A stretch of 63,894 nucleotides of DNA, counting the filler, from Octopus bimaculoides (Eukaryota), in NCBI RefSeq assembly GCF_001194135.2. It is 5 parts of 4 records of this genome, joined end to end, with 100 filler letters (N's around TTAATTAATTAA, not from the genome) between each part and the next. Parts side by side here need not be neighbours in the genome. Positions count along the whole stretch, not along the records: positions 24,662 to 50,727 come from NC_068981.1; positions 50,828 to 58,059 come from NC_068990.1; 3 more parts are not named here. One strand, given 5' to 3'. This document shows positions 39,202 through 53,385 of the stretch, in pieces (the first letter of the stretch is position 1; each line of letters opens with the position of its first letter). The position numbers were made by a program, and so were the translations under genes. Under the pieces are notes generated by a model. That model worked only from the letters and a program-made list of their open reading frames with translations. It ran no database searches and was not told the origin of the DNA.

Positions 39202-40759
39202 TCCCCTAAATATTTTAATTTGTAAGCAATGTCAAAATGCTTTTAAATGATAGTGATAATAATTTTTTATTTAGGCACAATACATTTGAACTTGAAATAT
39301 TAAAGAGGGGAAATATACCCACTTACGTATTTAGGTCTACATTCTATGGTTTCCACTACTCCAAATGTAAGTAGCAGAAGTTGTAACAGCAGCACAAGCA
39401 GCAGAAACAGCAGCTGTAGTAGTAGTAGTAGTAGTAGNNNNNNNNNNNNNNNNNNNNNNNNNNNNNNNNNNNNNNNNNNNNNNNNNNNNNNNNNNNNNNN
39501 NNNNNNNNNNNNNNNNNNNNNNNNNNNNNNNNNNNNNNNNNNNNNNNNNNNNNNNNNNNNNNNNNNNNNNNNNNNNNNNNNNNNNNNNNNNNNNNNNNNN
39601 NNNNNNNNNNNNNNNNNNNNNNNNNNNNNNNNNNNNNNNNNNNNNNNNNNNNNNNNNNNNNNNNNNNNNNNNNNNNNNNNNNNNNNNNNNNNNNNNNNNN
39701 NNNNNNNNNNNNNNNNNNNNNNNNNNNNNNNNNNNNNNNNNNNNNNNNNNNNNNNNNNNNNNNNNNNNNNNNNNNNNNNNNNNNNNNNNNNNNNNNNNNN
39801 NNNNNNNNNNNNNNNNNNNNNNNNNNNNNNNNNNNNNNNNNNNNNNNNNNNNNNNNNNNNNNNNNNNNNNNNNNNNNNNNNNNNNNNNNNNNNNNNNNNN
39901 NNNNNNNNNNNNNNNNNNNNNNNNNNNNNNNNNNNNNNNNNNNNNNNNNNNNNNNNNNNNNNNNNNNNNNNNNNNNNNNNNNNNNNNNNNNNNNNNNNNN
40001 NNNNNNNNNNNNNNNNNNNNNNNNNNNNNNNNNNNNNNNNNNNNNNNNNNNNNATATATATATATATATATATACATATATATTCGTATATATTATATGC
40101 CTGTGTGTGATATGCGTTATTAAAATAATATAGTAAAAGTGGATACAACAGAGTAATTACGATGTTAATATCTATGACTCAGCCGGAGTAAATTAGTGAG
40201 GAGTAGCCAGATTGTTTACCAGGAATATTTTGCCGTCATCCTGTAAAACAACACAAAAATACCAAAAAATAGAAAGCAAACTGATCTGTATAGTTACTGG
40301 TGTGTAAGTTTGTACATGGCATGTGCAATAGGAATTTATCTAATGCACATATTTTTTTAATATATTAGGGTAACCGATTTGGCTATCGATGTCAATGGAC
40401 ACGCTCAGTATTTTATGTAATTTATATATGTATGTATATAAATCTAAGCTGTGTTGATCTTGAAGAACCACTGCTTATTCTAGTATTCCAAATCCGTATG
40501 TAGATGGTATGCTTGCGTGAGATGTGCATAAGAGTTGAAAATTAAGTTAGACTCGCAGATTTTGGCATCCTCTCCGTCGAAATATTCTACAACAGTTAGT
40601 TTAATTATGGCTTTTACAGTCAAAGGAGATTTAACTCTAATCTTTTTTCTTTCTTTTTTCCTTTTTTAGTTACTCTTCCAATATTTGCATCAACCTTCTT
40701 CTCCTCTTTTTTCATGAATTCTCCTCCACCAATGTTCTGATTTTCAAACAGAACAGACC

Positions 40760-41430
40760 AAGTGCTCAGAGTGAACATAAAGACGAAGACAGAAAACGAA
40801 CTTTTTTTTCGAACAACGAAAAAAAAAAACAAACAGAGAAACGAGACATGCAACATAAAGAATATTACCCTTCTTCAGTTGTCCCTGCTCCATCTACTCC
40901 GCGTTTCGAAGAGAAGGACAATACGTGACTTCGTTGGAGCAGTCCTTCCCGCAAGCAAATTAATTAAAATTTGGAATTTTTTGCGGAGGGGGAAAGTGCA
41001 AACAAGAACAGGACAGCGAGAACAAGACAGTAAAAACAAGACAGAACAGTGAGAACAAACGGTAAGTGCTGTTAGGCCAAGACGACAGAAAAATTATTTT
41101 GAACGCTAGTTAGAGAGTGAAAAAAAAATTTTCGTCTTCTCTATAGGAAGGCAGGAAATAGAAAGAAAGAATCCCTTTAGTCACGTGTCAGCGACGAGAG
41201 GGTCAAGGAGGAGGAGTGAGAGAGGGAACGGTGAAAGGAAGAGAAGAATCGGGGAGGGTTGGGAGAGAAAAACAGAAAGGATGAAGAACAAGAGAGGGAG
41301 AGAGATAAAGACAGGGAAGTGACAGCAATAGAAGTAGAATGCGCAGTAGAAAATATAAGATGAAACTTACTTGGAGGCAATCCGTGGCGTTCGATCATAT
41401 AACATAAATAACATATAATTATATGCATAT
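40760..41430 (+). mobile_element. Unclassified interspersed repeat family D (AG-rich body)
   Basis: TTTTTTCGAACAAC...AGAAACGAGACATGCAACATAAAG...CAGTTGTCC and end motif AAACTTACTTGG...GGCGTT..ATCATATAA; homologs at 50828-51500(-) and 52270-52515. Confidence 0.7.
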
Positions 41431-41434
41431 ATAT

Positions 41435-41605
41435 ATCCTTTCTACTACATGCAAAAGGCCGGAAATTTTGTGGTAGTGTGCCACTAGATTCTATTGACCC
41501 ATGTGTTCGACTGGTACTTATTTCGTCGAACCCGAAAGAATGAATGACGAAGCCAACCGCGGCAAGATTTGAACTCAGAACTTAAATGTGGACGAAATGC
41601 TGTTG
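41435..41605 (-). mobile_element. SINE family B
   Basis: TTTCTACTACATGCAAAAGGCCGGAAATTT...CGACTGGTACTTATTTCGTCGAACCCGAAAG...TTTGAACTCAGAAC. Confidence 0.8.
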
Positions 41606-42263
41606 ATCCTTATGCCAGGAATTTACTTTTGTAATGAGGAATTGCATTTCGCAATATGTGATTCAAATATAAGAAGTGAGCAGGTGCAGACCTGTAGCTT
41701 AAAAGTTCGTGTCCCGATCGCATAGCTCCTTTTGGGATCCCGTATAGGACACCTTCCGAAAATGTTTTATGCTCTAGCCTGAGTTCCGTTCATGTCTTAC
41801 GAATAAACGAACACCGAGTAGTTCGATGGGTGGACTGTAGCAATTTTTGTATGCTAGTCCTAATCCTCCTTCCCCCCATCCTACTCCGTTTACCACTTGC
41901 GCCTAGTGCCTTGGATTCTTTTAGCGGAGTTCACTCTATTGCAATCTTTTGGACCATGTAGAGTGCCTGGATATCGGGTTTTTACCGCAGTAACCTGACA
42001 ATCCTATGTTGTTTTTTATCTCCCTTTCTCATAACTGCTGATAAATATTAATGGATCATGTCATATATTACTCGAAATAAGGTCAGAAATCCGTTCAGAG
42101 GGGTTATGGTGGGAGTCATAAACATTTTGATATAGAAAAGTGGAAGAAGAGAAAGTGATGTTGCTTAAGTTCTGACCAAGTAAATTGTGAATGATCTGCT
42201 TTTTTCAAGGCATCTGAACATATAGAATTCTTTTACAAACTCTTGTGAATAATATTTGACATG

Positions 42264-42485
42264 AAGGCAGCGAGCTGGAAGAATCATTAGCACTCCAGGC
42301 AAAATGCTTTGCGGCATTTCGTCCATCTTAACGGTCTGAGTTCAAATGCCGCCGTGGTCAACTTTGCCATTCATCATTTCAGAGTCGATTAAATAAGTAG
42401 CAGTTGAACACTGGACGTCGATGTAATCAACTTATCCCCACCCCCCAAACTTGCTGGCCTTGTGCCAAAATCTGGAACCAATATT
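42264..42485 (+). mobile_element. SINE family B
   Basis: AAGGCAGCGAGCTGGAAGAATC...GAGTTCAAATGCCGCCGTGGTCAAC...CTGGCCTTGTGCCAAAA. Confidence 0.85.
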
Positions 42486-43679
42486 ACTTGACTTGGTATG
42501 CATGGGTAATACAATATTGAAAACTATATTCTATAACAGAATTAGTTATTTCTCTTTCTTTGACTCTCATCTCCTGTTGGAGTCACAACGGCATCGTTGC
42601 TATATACTTCTTAGAATTTAAACATGATTGAGTCTATGTCGCTCTCTGATCGATGTTGATGTTTTGAGTGAAAAACGAATCCACCTTGCACTGAACTTCA
42701 GTAGCATTTGAAATCAAGGTACATTCAGTCGAAACGAACACCCGATCCGCTGGGTATTTTACTAGAGTCTGTAACGATTCTGTTAATTCGCCGCCTTTGA
42801 ATTTAGTAAGAGATTTCAAATCATGTAAATTAAAAAGATAAAGACGAATTTTACAGGAGAATAAGAATTGCTTGTAGCTTATACATAGTTTACTTGATAT
42901 TGTGGAAACCTGACACACGATATTTAGATTTGTGTGTGTATGAGTATATCTGTGTGTAAGTAAATGTGTGTTTCTCTTCTTTTTTTCCCTTTCTCTTGAT
43001 ATCTTATCTAAAGTAGACTCTGGTCGAGTAATGTCACAACTAAAGGCGTTCCAGTCACGAGCGTCCAGTCTTACTGGAAGGTATTTGGAAATGAATTATT
43101 TAATGAGATATGATTTAAGATATGTTTGATTTTTATTTCTAGCAAATCAGGTGACGTTATTGGGGCTCTTTGTTCGTATATAAATGTTTATAAATACGAA
43201 TCTGTGGTGTTGTTGGTGGTGTAGTAATTTTAACTACGGGTCAACCGCTAATCGGGCCAACTTATGGTCAAAGGGGCCCGTATATGTGACCGTTCTACCT
43301 TGTAATGGGTATCTAGGAATATATTTTATGACACCTTCATTCTTTAAAATGGTGAGGTGTGAGTTGATAGAGATGTAGTTTCTGTTTCTACAAGGTAAAT
43401 AGATCACGTAGGTGCTCCCCTGTTGACTCATGAATGTGTGTTTGTACGCATGTTTGTTTCTATGCCTTCCTATATGTTTTCATGTGCGCTTTTATGAGTA
43501 TATATCCGTCTGTATTTGTGAACGATGGCAAATAATTAGAATGACACATAGAATTCCCCCTCTCCCTCCAGTGAATAAGCAGAGATATCTTTCTCTTCCA
43601 ATACTACATGATTGTCACGTACGACACCTAGAAGACCTTATTCGTGACTTCAAGTTGACATGATATCTGGCTATCCATT

Positions 43680-44085
<406 letters not shown>

Positions 44086-44559
44086 TTCTGCGCGCTTGTA
44101 GGTTAATGTATGCAAAAGTGCCTTCGCTTTAAATATGCCTTATTTAAAACCAGGTCGCACTTAAGATTACCCGTCTTCCTTGAAACTGCATTACTTTGTG
44201 CTTGGAGTAGCAAAGTATCTAATTCTACCAAAGTTTTAAGTCCTGTTTCGGTCTTATCTTCTGTTAAAAGAAAACTCTGAAGCACACATTCATATTTTAC
44301 GACGTTTTCTATGTGAGGGGAAAAAAATGTGTGCGTGACACAAGTTATTTCGATTTGTGTGTGAGTAAATTGTTTTCTATTGATTTATAATCTAAAACCA
44401 ACACTGGTCGAGTAAAGTTATAAGCAAAGGCGTTCCAGCCACAGTCATCCAATCTCATTCAAGGATATCCGGGAATAAATTACAACGTGTTACAAAATTT
44501 TTGTTCTTTATTTTTCATTTTTGTTTTATTTATTTATCATTTATTTTTATCATTTATTA

Positions 44560-44562
44560 TTA

Positions 44563-44645
<83 letters not shown>

Positions 44646-44646
44646 T
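44560..44646. repeat. (ATT)n microsatellite (a similar tract lies at ~49455-49569)
   Basis: Seen directly. Confidence 0.95.
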
Positions 44647-45168
44647 CAGTAAGTGTTATTTCCTATTTGCTTCTATCTCGAAATCGAAGGAAATGACTAC
44701 TATTCCTGTCAAAGTTTCCTTTTTTGACCTGGACATCAATACTTCGAAACCGACCTATTTTCCATTACATTTCAGACAGATTCAGCGGAGAGTTGCTGGA
44801 GCAGAAATATCATTATAGCAAATATTCTGCTCAATACCACAGATTTGCTTGACAGTTGCTTTTTTTGATCACCCATATATGCACCTATAGATATACACGA
44901 GAGAGTGAGTGAAAGAATGAAATAAGATAGTAGTCAACATGTTTGGTTATGGTTAGATATATTAAATTATAGTTTAACTCATTTCTACATCTCTTAAAGT
45001 GTTGTGGATGCCTGTAGTACATGTCTACCTCGTGAGATGTTCGAATAAGTTTGGAGTCGTAGTTTACAACATCCACTTTATCCGAACATCTTACAATTTG
45101 GACGTGTGCTACGCACAAGAATCTTAAGCAATGTAGAACTCAGTCGAACTGTGCGTGCGTGTGCGTGC

Positions 45169-45220
<52 letters not shown>

Positions 45221-45568
45221 NNNNNNNNNNNNNNNNNNNNNNNNNNNNNNNNNNNNNNNNNNNNNNNNNNNNNNNNNNNNNNNNNNNNNNNNNNNNNNNN
45301 NNNNNNNNNNNNNNNNATATATTTATGTATGTATGTGTGTATGTATGTATATATCACTATAAATACAGGCACACACACACACACACACACACACACTTTC
45401 TGTTGATTTTCTTTAACCTAATTTCGGAGGCCAGTGGTTACACGAAGCTTTGACGAATAAAAAAAGACCAACATCTACACCATAAGGAATATTCATACAC
45501 TACGTTTTGTGTCGGATAGATAGATAGATAGATAGATACACACATACATACATACATACATACATACA

Positions 45569-45599
<31 letters not shown>

Positions 45600-46059
45600 G
45601 TATATTATGTAAACATATATACATATATATGTATACACTCGCACACACGTACACACATATATACATATGGATCAATGTTTTCTTGATCAAAGAAAGCAAT
45701 AACAAAAACAGACAAAATACACAACTACCCACGTTTCTTCACCCCCTTTTTTTTCTTATTTTATTATAGTGTTTCACGGTTATTTTATGGGAAACTCTTC
45801 TATCAAAAATCTAATACAAGACAATCATACCCCAATGGTATTCAGCATCACGTACACAGGAAATCAAAATAAAGAAGTTTCCCCAAAAAAACATTCCAGA
45901 CTTCTCATTTTTGTCAAGAATTATAACGAGGTTTATGTATTATGTCAATTATATTGTAGCTTTTTGACACAAACAAGGTATAGAGTTGTATCTTGAGGCA
46001 TTATATTGAGAGAAGATTTCAGCTGTCACGAAAGCAGATAATATCGTTTCGCACATACT

Positions 46060-46127
<68 letters not shown>

Positions 46128-46687
46128 NNNNNNNNNNNNNNNNNNNNNNNNNNNNNNNNNNNNNNNNNNNNNNNNNNNNNNNNNNNNNNNNNNNNNNNNN
46201 NNNNNNNNNNNNNNNNNNNNNNNNNNNNNNNNNNNNNNNNNNNNNNNNNNNNNNNNNNNNNNNNNNNNNNNNNNNNNNNNNNNNNNNNNNNNNNNNNNNN
46301 NNNNNNNNNNNNNNNNNNNNNNNNNNNNNNNNNNNNNNNNNNNNNNNNNNNNNNNNNNNNNNNNNNNNNNNNNNNNNNNNNNNNNNNNNNNNNNNNNNNN
46401 NNNNNNNNNNNNNNNNNNNNNNNNNNNNNNNNNNNNNNNNNNNNNNNNNNNNNNNNNNNNNNNNNNNNNNNNNNNNNNNNNNNNNNNNNNNNNNNNNNNN
46501 NNNNNNNNNNNNNNNNNNNNNNNNNNNNNNNNNNNNNNNNNNNNNNNNNNNNNNNNNNNNNNNNNNNNNNNNNNNNNNNNNNNNNNNNNNNNNNNNNNNN
46601 NNNNNNNNNNNNNNNNNNNNNNNNNNNNNNNNNNNNNNNNNNNNNNNNNNNNNNNNNNNNNNNNNNNNNNNNNNNNNNNNNNNNNNN

Positions 46688-46738
<51 letters not shown>

Positions 46739-46744
46739 ACTCTC

Positions 46745-46955
46745 TCCTCTCTCAGGTACCTCCTTCACAGGGTCCTGTCAAAAACAACTGTCATTAGAAT
46801 TTCCAGCTGTATTCCCAAGCGTGACCAATTGAGACTATAGATATTATCCAACCATCTCGTTCATGGTCAGCTCCTAGTTGTTCTGATGGTCAGCTCGGCT
46901 TCAAGAACCCGTTTTGTGATTCTATCCTATTACATTCTAATCATATGTCCGTAGT
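46745..46955 (-). mobile_element. Fragment of an RTE LINE ORF2 C-terminus
   Basis: Minus strand YGHMIRM*..DRITKRVLEAELTIRTTRS*P*TRWLDNIYSLNWSRLGI..VVFDRTL*RRYLR matches the RTE GHVxRM...RGRPxxRW...DRxxWR consensus. Confidence 0.7.
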
Positions 46956-46974
46956 ATTGGAGTTGTGACGTCAC

Positions 46975-47372
46975 AACGTGGAGAAGTTGCTGTGTGTTTA
47001 AGGAATTCTCATAGCAGCCACCTAGTTTCGGTTTCAGTGGCACTGCACAGGATTGTGTGTTGTGTCTTCTGTTAATACCGTTCAATGTTTCCTGAGTCAA
47101 ATGGTAGATGGAAACTGCGTGGAAGCTCGACTTTATATTGTGTCGGTATGTGTGTGTTGTTGCGTTAGTGTGTGTTAATGTGGTTTTGTCCCCACCACAC
47201 TTTGATAACTGGTGTAGGACTGTTTACATTCCCAGTAACTTAACAGTTTGGCGAAAGGACCCAACAGAATAAGTACTAGACTGGAAATAAGTATTGGAGT
47301 TCATTTGTTCGACTAACCCAGGGAGGTGAGGTCCCAGCCTGGTCTCAGTCCAATGAATGAAACAAATAAAAT
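46975..47372 (+). mobile_element. SINE family A, degraded
   Basis: GGTAGATGGAAACTG...TTTGTCCCCACCAC...AACTTAACAGTTTGGCGAAAG...AGAATAAGTACTAG...ATGAATGAAACAAATAAAA. Confidence 0.7.
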
Positions 47373-47383
47373 AGTGACGTACG

Positions 47384-47418
<35 letters not shown>

Positions 47419-48099
47419 TTGTGTGTGTGTGTGTGTGTGTGTGCGCGTGTGTGTGTGCGTGTGTGTGTGTGTGCGTGTGTGTGTGTGTGTAATTGCGCAT
47501 TTGTAAATGTTTAGATGATATGAGAGATCGTGCTTTCAGCACCTATTTCTGTAAAGCCGATGATACACGGAGATTCACGCTTGTGTGTGAAACGGCGGTC
47601 TCACTAGCAATCAGACTTTCTTGAATGCAATTACGCTGATAATCAGACAGTTTAAAATACCTCGTAGAAGCTTCGAACTGAATAGCTACGACAGAACATT
47701 CTCAGCTTTACGCAAATATTTAAACTCATTTTACTATGTATCTTATATATTTTCATTCTATAATTAACGTAAATGTCTGTTTTTATCTTCTGTTCATATA
47801 AAAACATCAAATATTAAATGGGTGGTTAACACAATACATTTCAGTAGATTATTTTATTTATTTTTTAACTTATTTTTGCAAAGAAAATATTGACAATTAC
47901 TTCGAAGTCATGATTATGTAGCTTTTATTAGACTGTCCGATGAAAGACACATAAGAGTGAAAGTCACCATTATCTTTTGCCTTGTTAAGAGAAGTTACAA
48001 TTATGTATGTGTGAATCAATCCATATCACTCCCCATCTCGCTTATTCTCTTACACTCTCTCTATACCCAGAAACTGGTCCACAGATGTTGTCTTGTGCT

Positions 48100-48480
48100 G
48101 GATGGGAGTGCTGAACTTCCCTGAGCGAAAATATAAGGACGCAGATATTGTGTCGTATAGCCAGCTGGAAATGACGTTTCCTGGGGCTAAACAACAGTAA
48201 CATTCGTCCCATCCAGGACTGCCACATTATGTTGGCAAATAAACTTTACGTTAAAGTACAGTTACTGAATATCTCTCTTTGAGAGGTTTAGAAATAATAA
48301 TGTCTCTATTTATTAGATCAGTAACTGTGTATCATTTTGAATTTGTGGTGGATGGAGGTACTGAGCTCTCCTGATATAAAACATAAGCACACAGATATTG
48401 TGTCGTGTAACCAGCTGGAAACGACGTTTCCTGAAGCCAAACAACAGTAACATTCGTCCCCTCCAGGACTACCACATTAG
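48100..48480 (+). repeat. Two direct copies of a ~130-bp repeat ~250 bp apart
   Basis: CAGATATTGTGTCGT...CCAGCTGGAAA.GACGTTTCCTG...AAACAACAGTAACATTCGTCCC.TCCAGGACT.CCACATTA at ~48100-48228 and ~48350-48478; inverted relative at ~24872-24968. Confidence 0.85.
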
Positions 48481-48510
48481 TCTTTACTATATATACATAT
48501 ATATGCTCCT

Positions 48511-48575
<65 letters not shown>

Positions 48576-48642
48576 TTATCTCTATCTCCCTCTATCTATC
48601 TCTCTGTGTATATATATATATATATATGTATGTATGCATGTA

Positions 48643-48686
<44 letters not shown>

Positions 48687-49508
48687 ATTTGGGTCACATA
48701 TTCTTACACACACGTATCAAAATGTTTTTCAATAAAACCGCCATCAGCCTCGAATGCTGCGTCGATACGACTTGATGCGTTGATCAGATAATCTTATTTA
48801 TGTTGGATATAATTTACTCAGTAGTGGACATCCATCAAAGTCCAAAGTATTCATTACGTAAGCAGTAAAATGATACAGTCCTTCACAGAAAATGCATTTT
48901 AGCTAAGAGCTTGATTTGTAATCGATGTTTAATTAGTGAAGTTTATGTTTGGAAATCCTTGTATCTATGTTATAGATTTATGACAGATTTTCGTCGATGT
49001 ATTCTATTCGTTCTATGGCCATAAAATCTGACGAAACACTTTTTAATGATTCTGTCGCAAACACTGAATTATGTATGTATTGTATGTATCCTGGAAAATG
49101 TACATAAAATTTCACGTACTATGCAATTTGAGTTGCGAATGAGTCCATTTTCCAGCAGTTTTCTTAATTCATTTGATACTTATATAACAGTTCTCGTTTT
49201 ACTCCTGTATTTGACATGGTGAGCCATGGAGGAGATTGTTCAGTTTCTGTTCACTCAAACATAGTAAAACATGTATGCTTAACTGCCACACAAATCTTAT
49301 TGGATAGTTCAATATCTTTTTAATTAGTTTCGTAAAATTCTGCTTGAAGAATTTACATTTTCTTAAATTTCGCGTATTTAGATCATTTGTATGAGAACTT
49401 GGCTCAAACATTCTCATTTGTTCTCTCAATGAAATTTATTGAATTATTTTTTACTTTAGTATTATTATTATTATTTTATTATTATTATTGTTATTATTAT
49501 TATCATCA

Positions 49509-49570
<62 letters not shown>

Positions 49571-50504
49571 GGGGATTGGTTTTTATTTCTTTTGGGTAGG
49601 TGTTGGGAAAGGTTTCATGCAGCAGTGTTGTGCTTTTTGCCATTATAATAAATATCAGAAGGGTTTTTATCAAAGAGATTCCCAATTATGACTCATTCAC
49701 ACTATATGAAAAGTAAAGTTCTGTGTTTTAAACAACCAATCTATTATGTGTTTTATTTTGAAAGTATATTTGTGCTGGTTCCGTATTCCAACTTCGTGCG
49801 ATTAATTTAAATCTTTAAAATGATTTTCATTGCCACCAAAGATATATTTTCAAATGTTTCGGTATTCGTGGCGTGAGAACAATAAACTGCTGACTAAGTA
49901 TATATTGCATGACCGATGACTCACATTTTTATAATACTTCATTATAAGAGTCTAAAAATATATATAATAGATTAAAATCATGAATTCAGGGTAAATAGTA
50001 ATAACCTATGTCAGAAAAAGGAAATCAATCAAAATTTAAAATATACAAGACTAGTAAAGTTTATATGCTTCAAGGAGTATAAAATATGTTTCATCGCACT
50101 GTCCCTTTGCCTGACATCAATAAAAACAAAAAGAAAAACTAATTTTAGAGAAAGTGATATAGGATAAGCAGGAGAGGCTATGTGAGTAGAAGAGAAGGGA
50201 AGGAGACGATGTGAAGACAAGATAAATGGCAGACTACTGGACAGGAAAGTACGGAGATACAGTGCTAAAGCAACCAGAAAAAGAGGTACAGTGAAGGCTA
50301 CGGGTATATGCAGAGTGGTACGTTTTGGGATTGGGTAAACACACTACATATGAAGTGTAAACACAGTATATGTAAACACACTACATCACTCCTACTTGAT
50401 TTTATGAATCTATCTCAGAATATTATGGCCGACCAAATGGCTTGAGGAAAAGCATAAAAAACGTAAAAGCACAGAGTATACAATTATATAATTACAACAA
50501 AGTA

Positions 50505-50539
<35 letters not shown>

Positions 50540-50827
50540 CCCGACACATTATGTTTTCTCTTCGCTATCTCTCTCTTTCTCCCTCTCACTCACTCACCTT
50601 CTCTTTCTCTTTCAATTTTTCCTTCTCATCACTTTTTGTCAAAGACTTTTCTATTCCATTCTTAAACTAATACATCCATTCTTTAATAATTGTTCGGTCA
50701 CCTGTCTTCCTCTTTATATATATATATNNNNNNNNNNNNNNNNNNNNNNNNNNNNNNNNNNNNNNNNNNNNTTAATTAATTAANNNNNNNNNNNNNNNNN
50801 NNNNNNNNNNNNNNNNNNNNNNNNNNN

Positions 50828-51500
50828 TATATATAATCATTATTATTATATAATTGAACGCACGCATCCATTTCCTAGCAAGTTTATCTTAATAATTTTG
50901 ATACGACTATCTGTACTGTTCTCTTTCCCCGCTTCGTTTCCTCTCTCTTCCTTTCTCTAATTCTCTTTATCTCTGCTTGTCCCCTTTTCTCTAATTCTTT
51001 TTCTCTTACCTTCACTGTTCTCTATCTATCCCTCTCTCGTTCTCACTCTTCCTGCTTTACTCTCTCGTTGCTCACACGTGGCCATCGGCCATCTTTCTTT
51101 TCCTAACTTAAGCTTCTTTCTTTTCTTTTGATCTGTCACACAGATCATACGCATTCTTGTCTGTGTCCTCTCCTATCTTCTCTCCTGTCAAAGCTTGTTT
51201 ATCCAGCGTTCGCCACCTCACCTCGTTATGGCTTAGCAGCCTTTGCTGTTTGTTTTCACTGTCCTGTTTTTGTTACCAACTTTGACCCTTTGCAAATCCC
51301 AAATTTTATTCTGCTTTGCGGGAGCAACTTTTTTATCGAAGACACATCTTGCCGTAATTGCTTGAAATGTGGAGCAGATAAAACAGCTGACAACTGATGA
51401 AGGGTCGTTCTTTGTGTTACTTGTCTTGTTTTCCATTTGTTCCTTTCGTTATTCGCAAGCAAAGTTCGTATTCCATGTTTTCGTATTTCATATATATGTA
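50828..51500 (-). mobile_element. Repeat family D, inverted copy
   Basis: Reverse complement contains GGGATTTGCAAAGGGTCAAAGTTGGTAACAAAAACAGGACAGTGAAAACAAAC, homologous to ~40960-41070. Confidence 0.65.
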
Positions 51501-52098
51501 AGTATGTACATATATGTATGCATATATATGCATGCATATATATAAGCATATTGGTCATTCCTCTTATTTTTGTATGTAATATAATTTTAATCTTCGGATT
51601 TTTTTAATATGCTAGACCACTGGTTTTAATTGATTAATATCAATTTCTACCCTTATTATTAAATTTTAAATAATGATGTTCTCAAACCGGTAAATTAGCT
51701 GCAAAAATTTATTAACTACAGAGTTATTTCCGAACTCAGTACGCCAGATTGAAGACATTTGAAAGGATACACTGAATGTAATTTGTAGAACTCTACACGT
51801 GCTCCCTTTCGGGTGGACGTCCTGTGTCTAGTTCTGGAAATTATATTTTATAAATCGACAGACTACGCTGATGATCCTGCAGATATTTACTTATGTAAAT
51901 ATTAACAGGTGAAACCATGGTACGTAGGTTAATCGTTTTTTTTATTTAGAATTTTTTTCATTTGTTTTGCCCTTTTTACAGTCTGTTGTGTCGCTGAAAT
52001 TTTTACTGAGAACATATTCTTCGTGGTTAGATGATTCGGTATCTATTTCTAGCATATAGGAGTCCACTTTTGCTGGTCATTCCTCTTATTTTTGTATA

Positions 52099-52156
<58 letters not shown>

Positions 52157-52528
52157 CATATATATGCATATATATAATATATAAATATATAGATATGCAT
52201 ATATCCATACATATATGTACATACCTACATCTATATGTATACATACATGCATATATGGGTACAGGACATAAAAAAACGCTAAAAAACAATGAGAAACGAA
52301 AAACGAAAACATAAAAACGAAAATAGAAAATGAACTTTTTTCGAACAACCAAAAGAAAACAGAGAAACGAGACATGCAACATAAAGAGTATATCCCTTCG
52401 TCAGTTGTCCTTGTCCATCTACTCCACGTTTTGAAAAAAATATATATATGTATATATATATATTATTTATATCATTATATGATTAAACGCCAAGCATCCA
52501 TTTCCAAGTAAGTTTATATATATACATA

Positions 52529-53385
52529 CACCTAGTCTGATCAATAAATATCCATAGAGTAAAGCTGCTTGACACAACTTGACCTTAAACTCTGTTGTGC
52601 ATGCGCACTAAGTTTTAACGTTTTAGCTCACTTCCGCTGTTTACTGTAGTGCTTGGAAGTAAAGTGTGTAACGTATGATCGTCGCATTGAATATGATGGA
52701 GAAATGTGAGCAGAAAGTCTGCATAAAATTTTGCCAAAAACTTGGTGATATCTGCTCAGAGGCCTACACAAAGTTTTAAAAAAGTTTTCATCGTTCTCGA
52801 CAAAATCAAGATCTTGTGCAACTGAAACCCGAGTGTCATTTTGGTCAGCTGAAATCAGTTTTGGCACAAACTTGGCAGACACGCGTCTCGTACCCAAATC
52901 TTCAGTGATAATGGACTGAACTGAATCGTAACTAATCTGCACATCCTCTGATAACTCGCCGATGGTGGTTCAACGATTTCCACTCACAGATGCATGCACA
53001 TCTGCGATGTTTTTCTGAGTTTTGCTGGTTGCAGGTCTCCCAGAACGTTCGTCACTATCGATATTTTTCGGCCATCTTGGAAACGTCTGAACCACTCATA
53101 CACTTGTGTGCAGCTCAAAAACTCCTCTCCATACACTTCCTGCAACTTTGCGTAGGCCTCTGAGCAGGTATTGCCATGACAACTTTTCTATCATAGTCAA
53201 TGCGACGATCACACGTTACACGTTACTTCCAAGGACTGCTGTAAACAGGGGAAGTAAGCTAGAACCTAAAAACTTTGTGTGTATGCACAGCAGAGATCAA
53301 GGTATATTTGTACCAAGTGGCTTTACTTTGCGTGCTTTAGCTTTGTTACTATGGCAACAGTCCGGATACTTACTGATCAGACCCG
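52529..53385. mobile_element. Non-autonomous mariner built from two inverted 5' halves
   Basis: TA-flanked TIRs with shared core GTCTGATCA(A/G)TAA(A/G)TATCC. Plus strand MMEKCEQKVCIKFCQKLG at 52693; minus strand transposase N-half ...SIITEDLGTRRVSAKFVPKLISADQ; junction ~52773-52776. Confidence 0.85.

Noticed and set aside
42634-42918. 94-aa protein-like minus-strand ORF
   Set aside because: It overlaps a degraded SINE B head (AAGGCGGCGAATTAACAGAATCGTTA)
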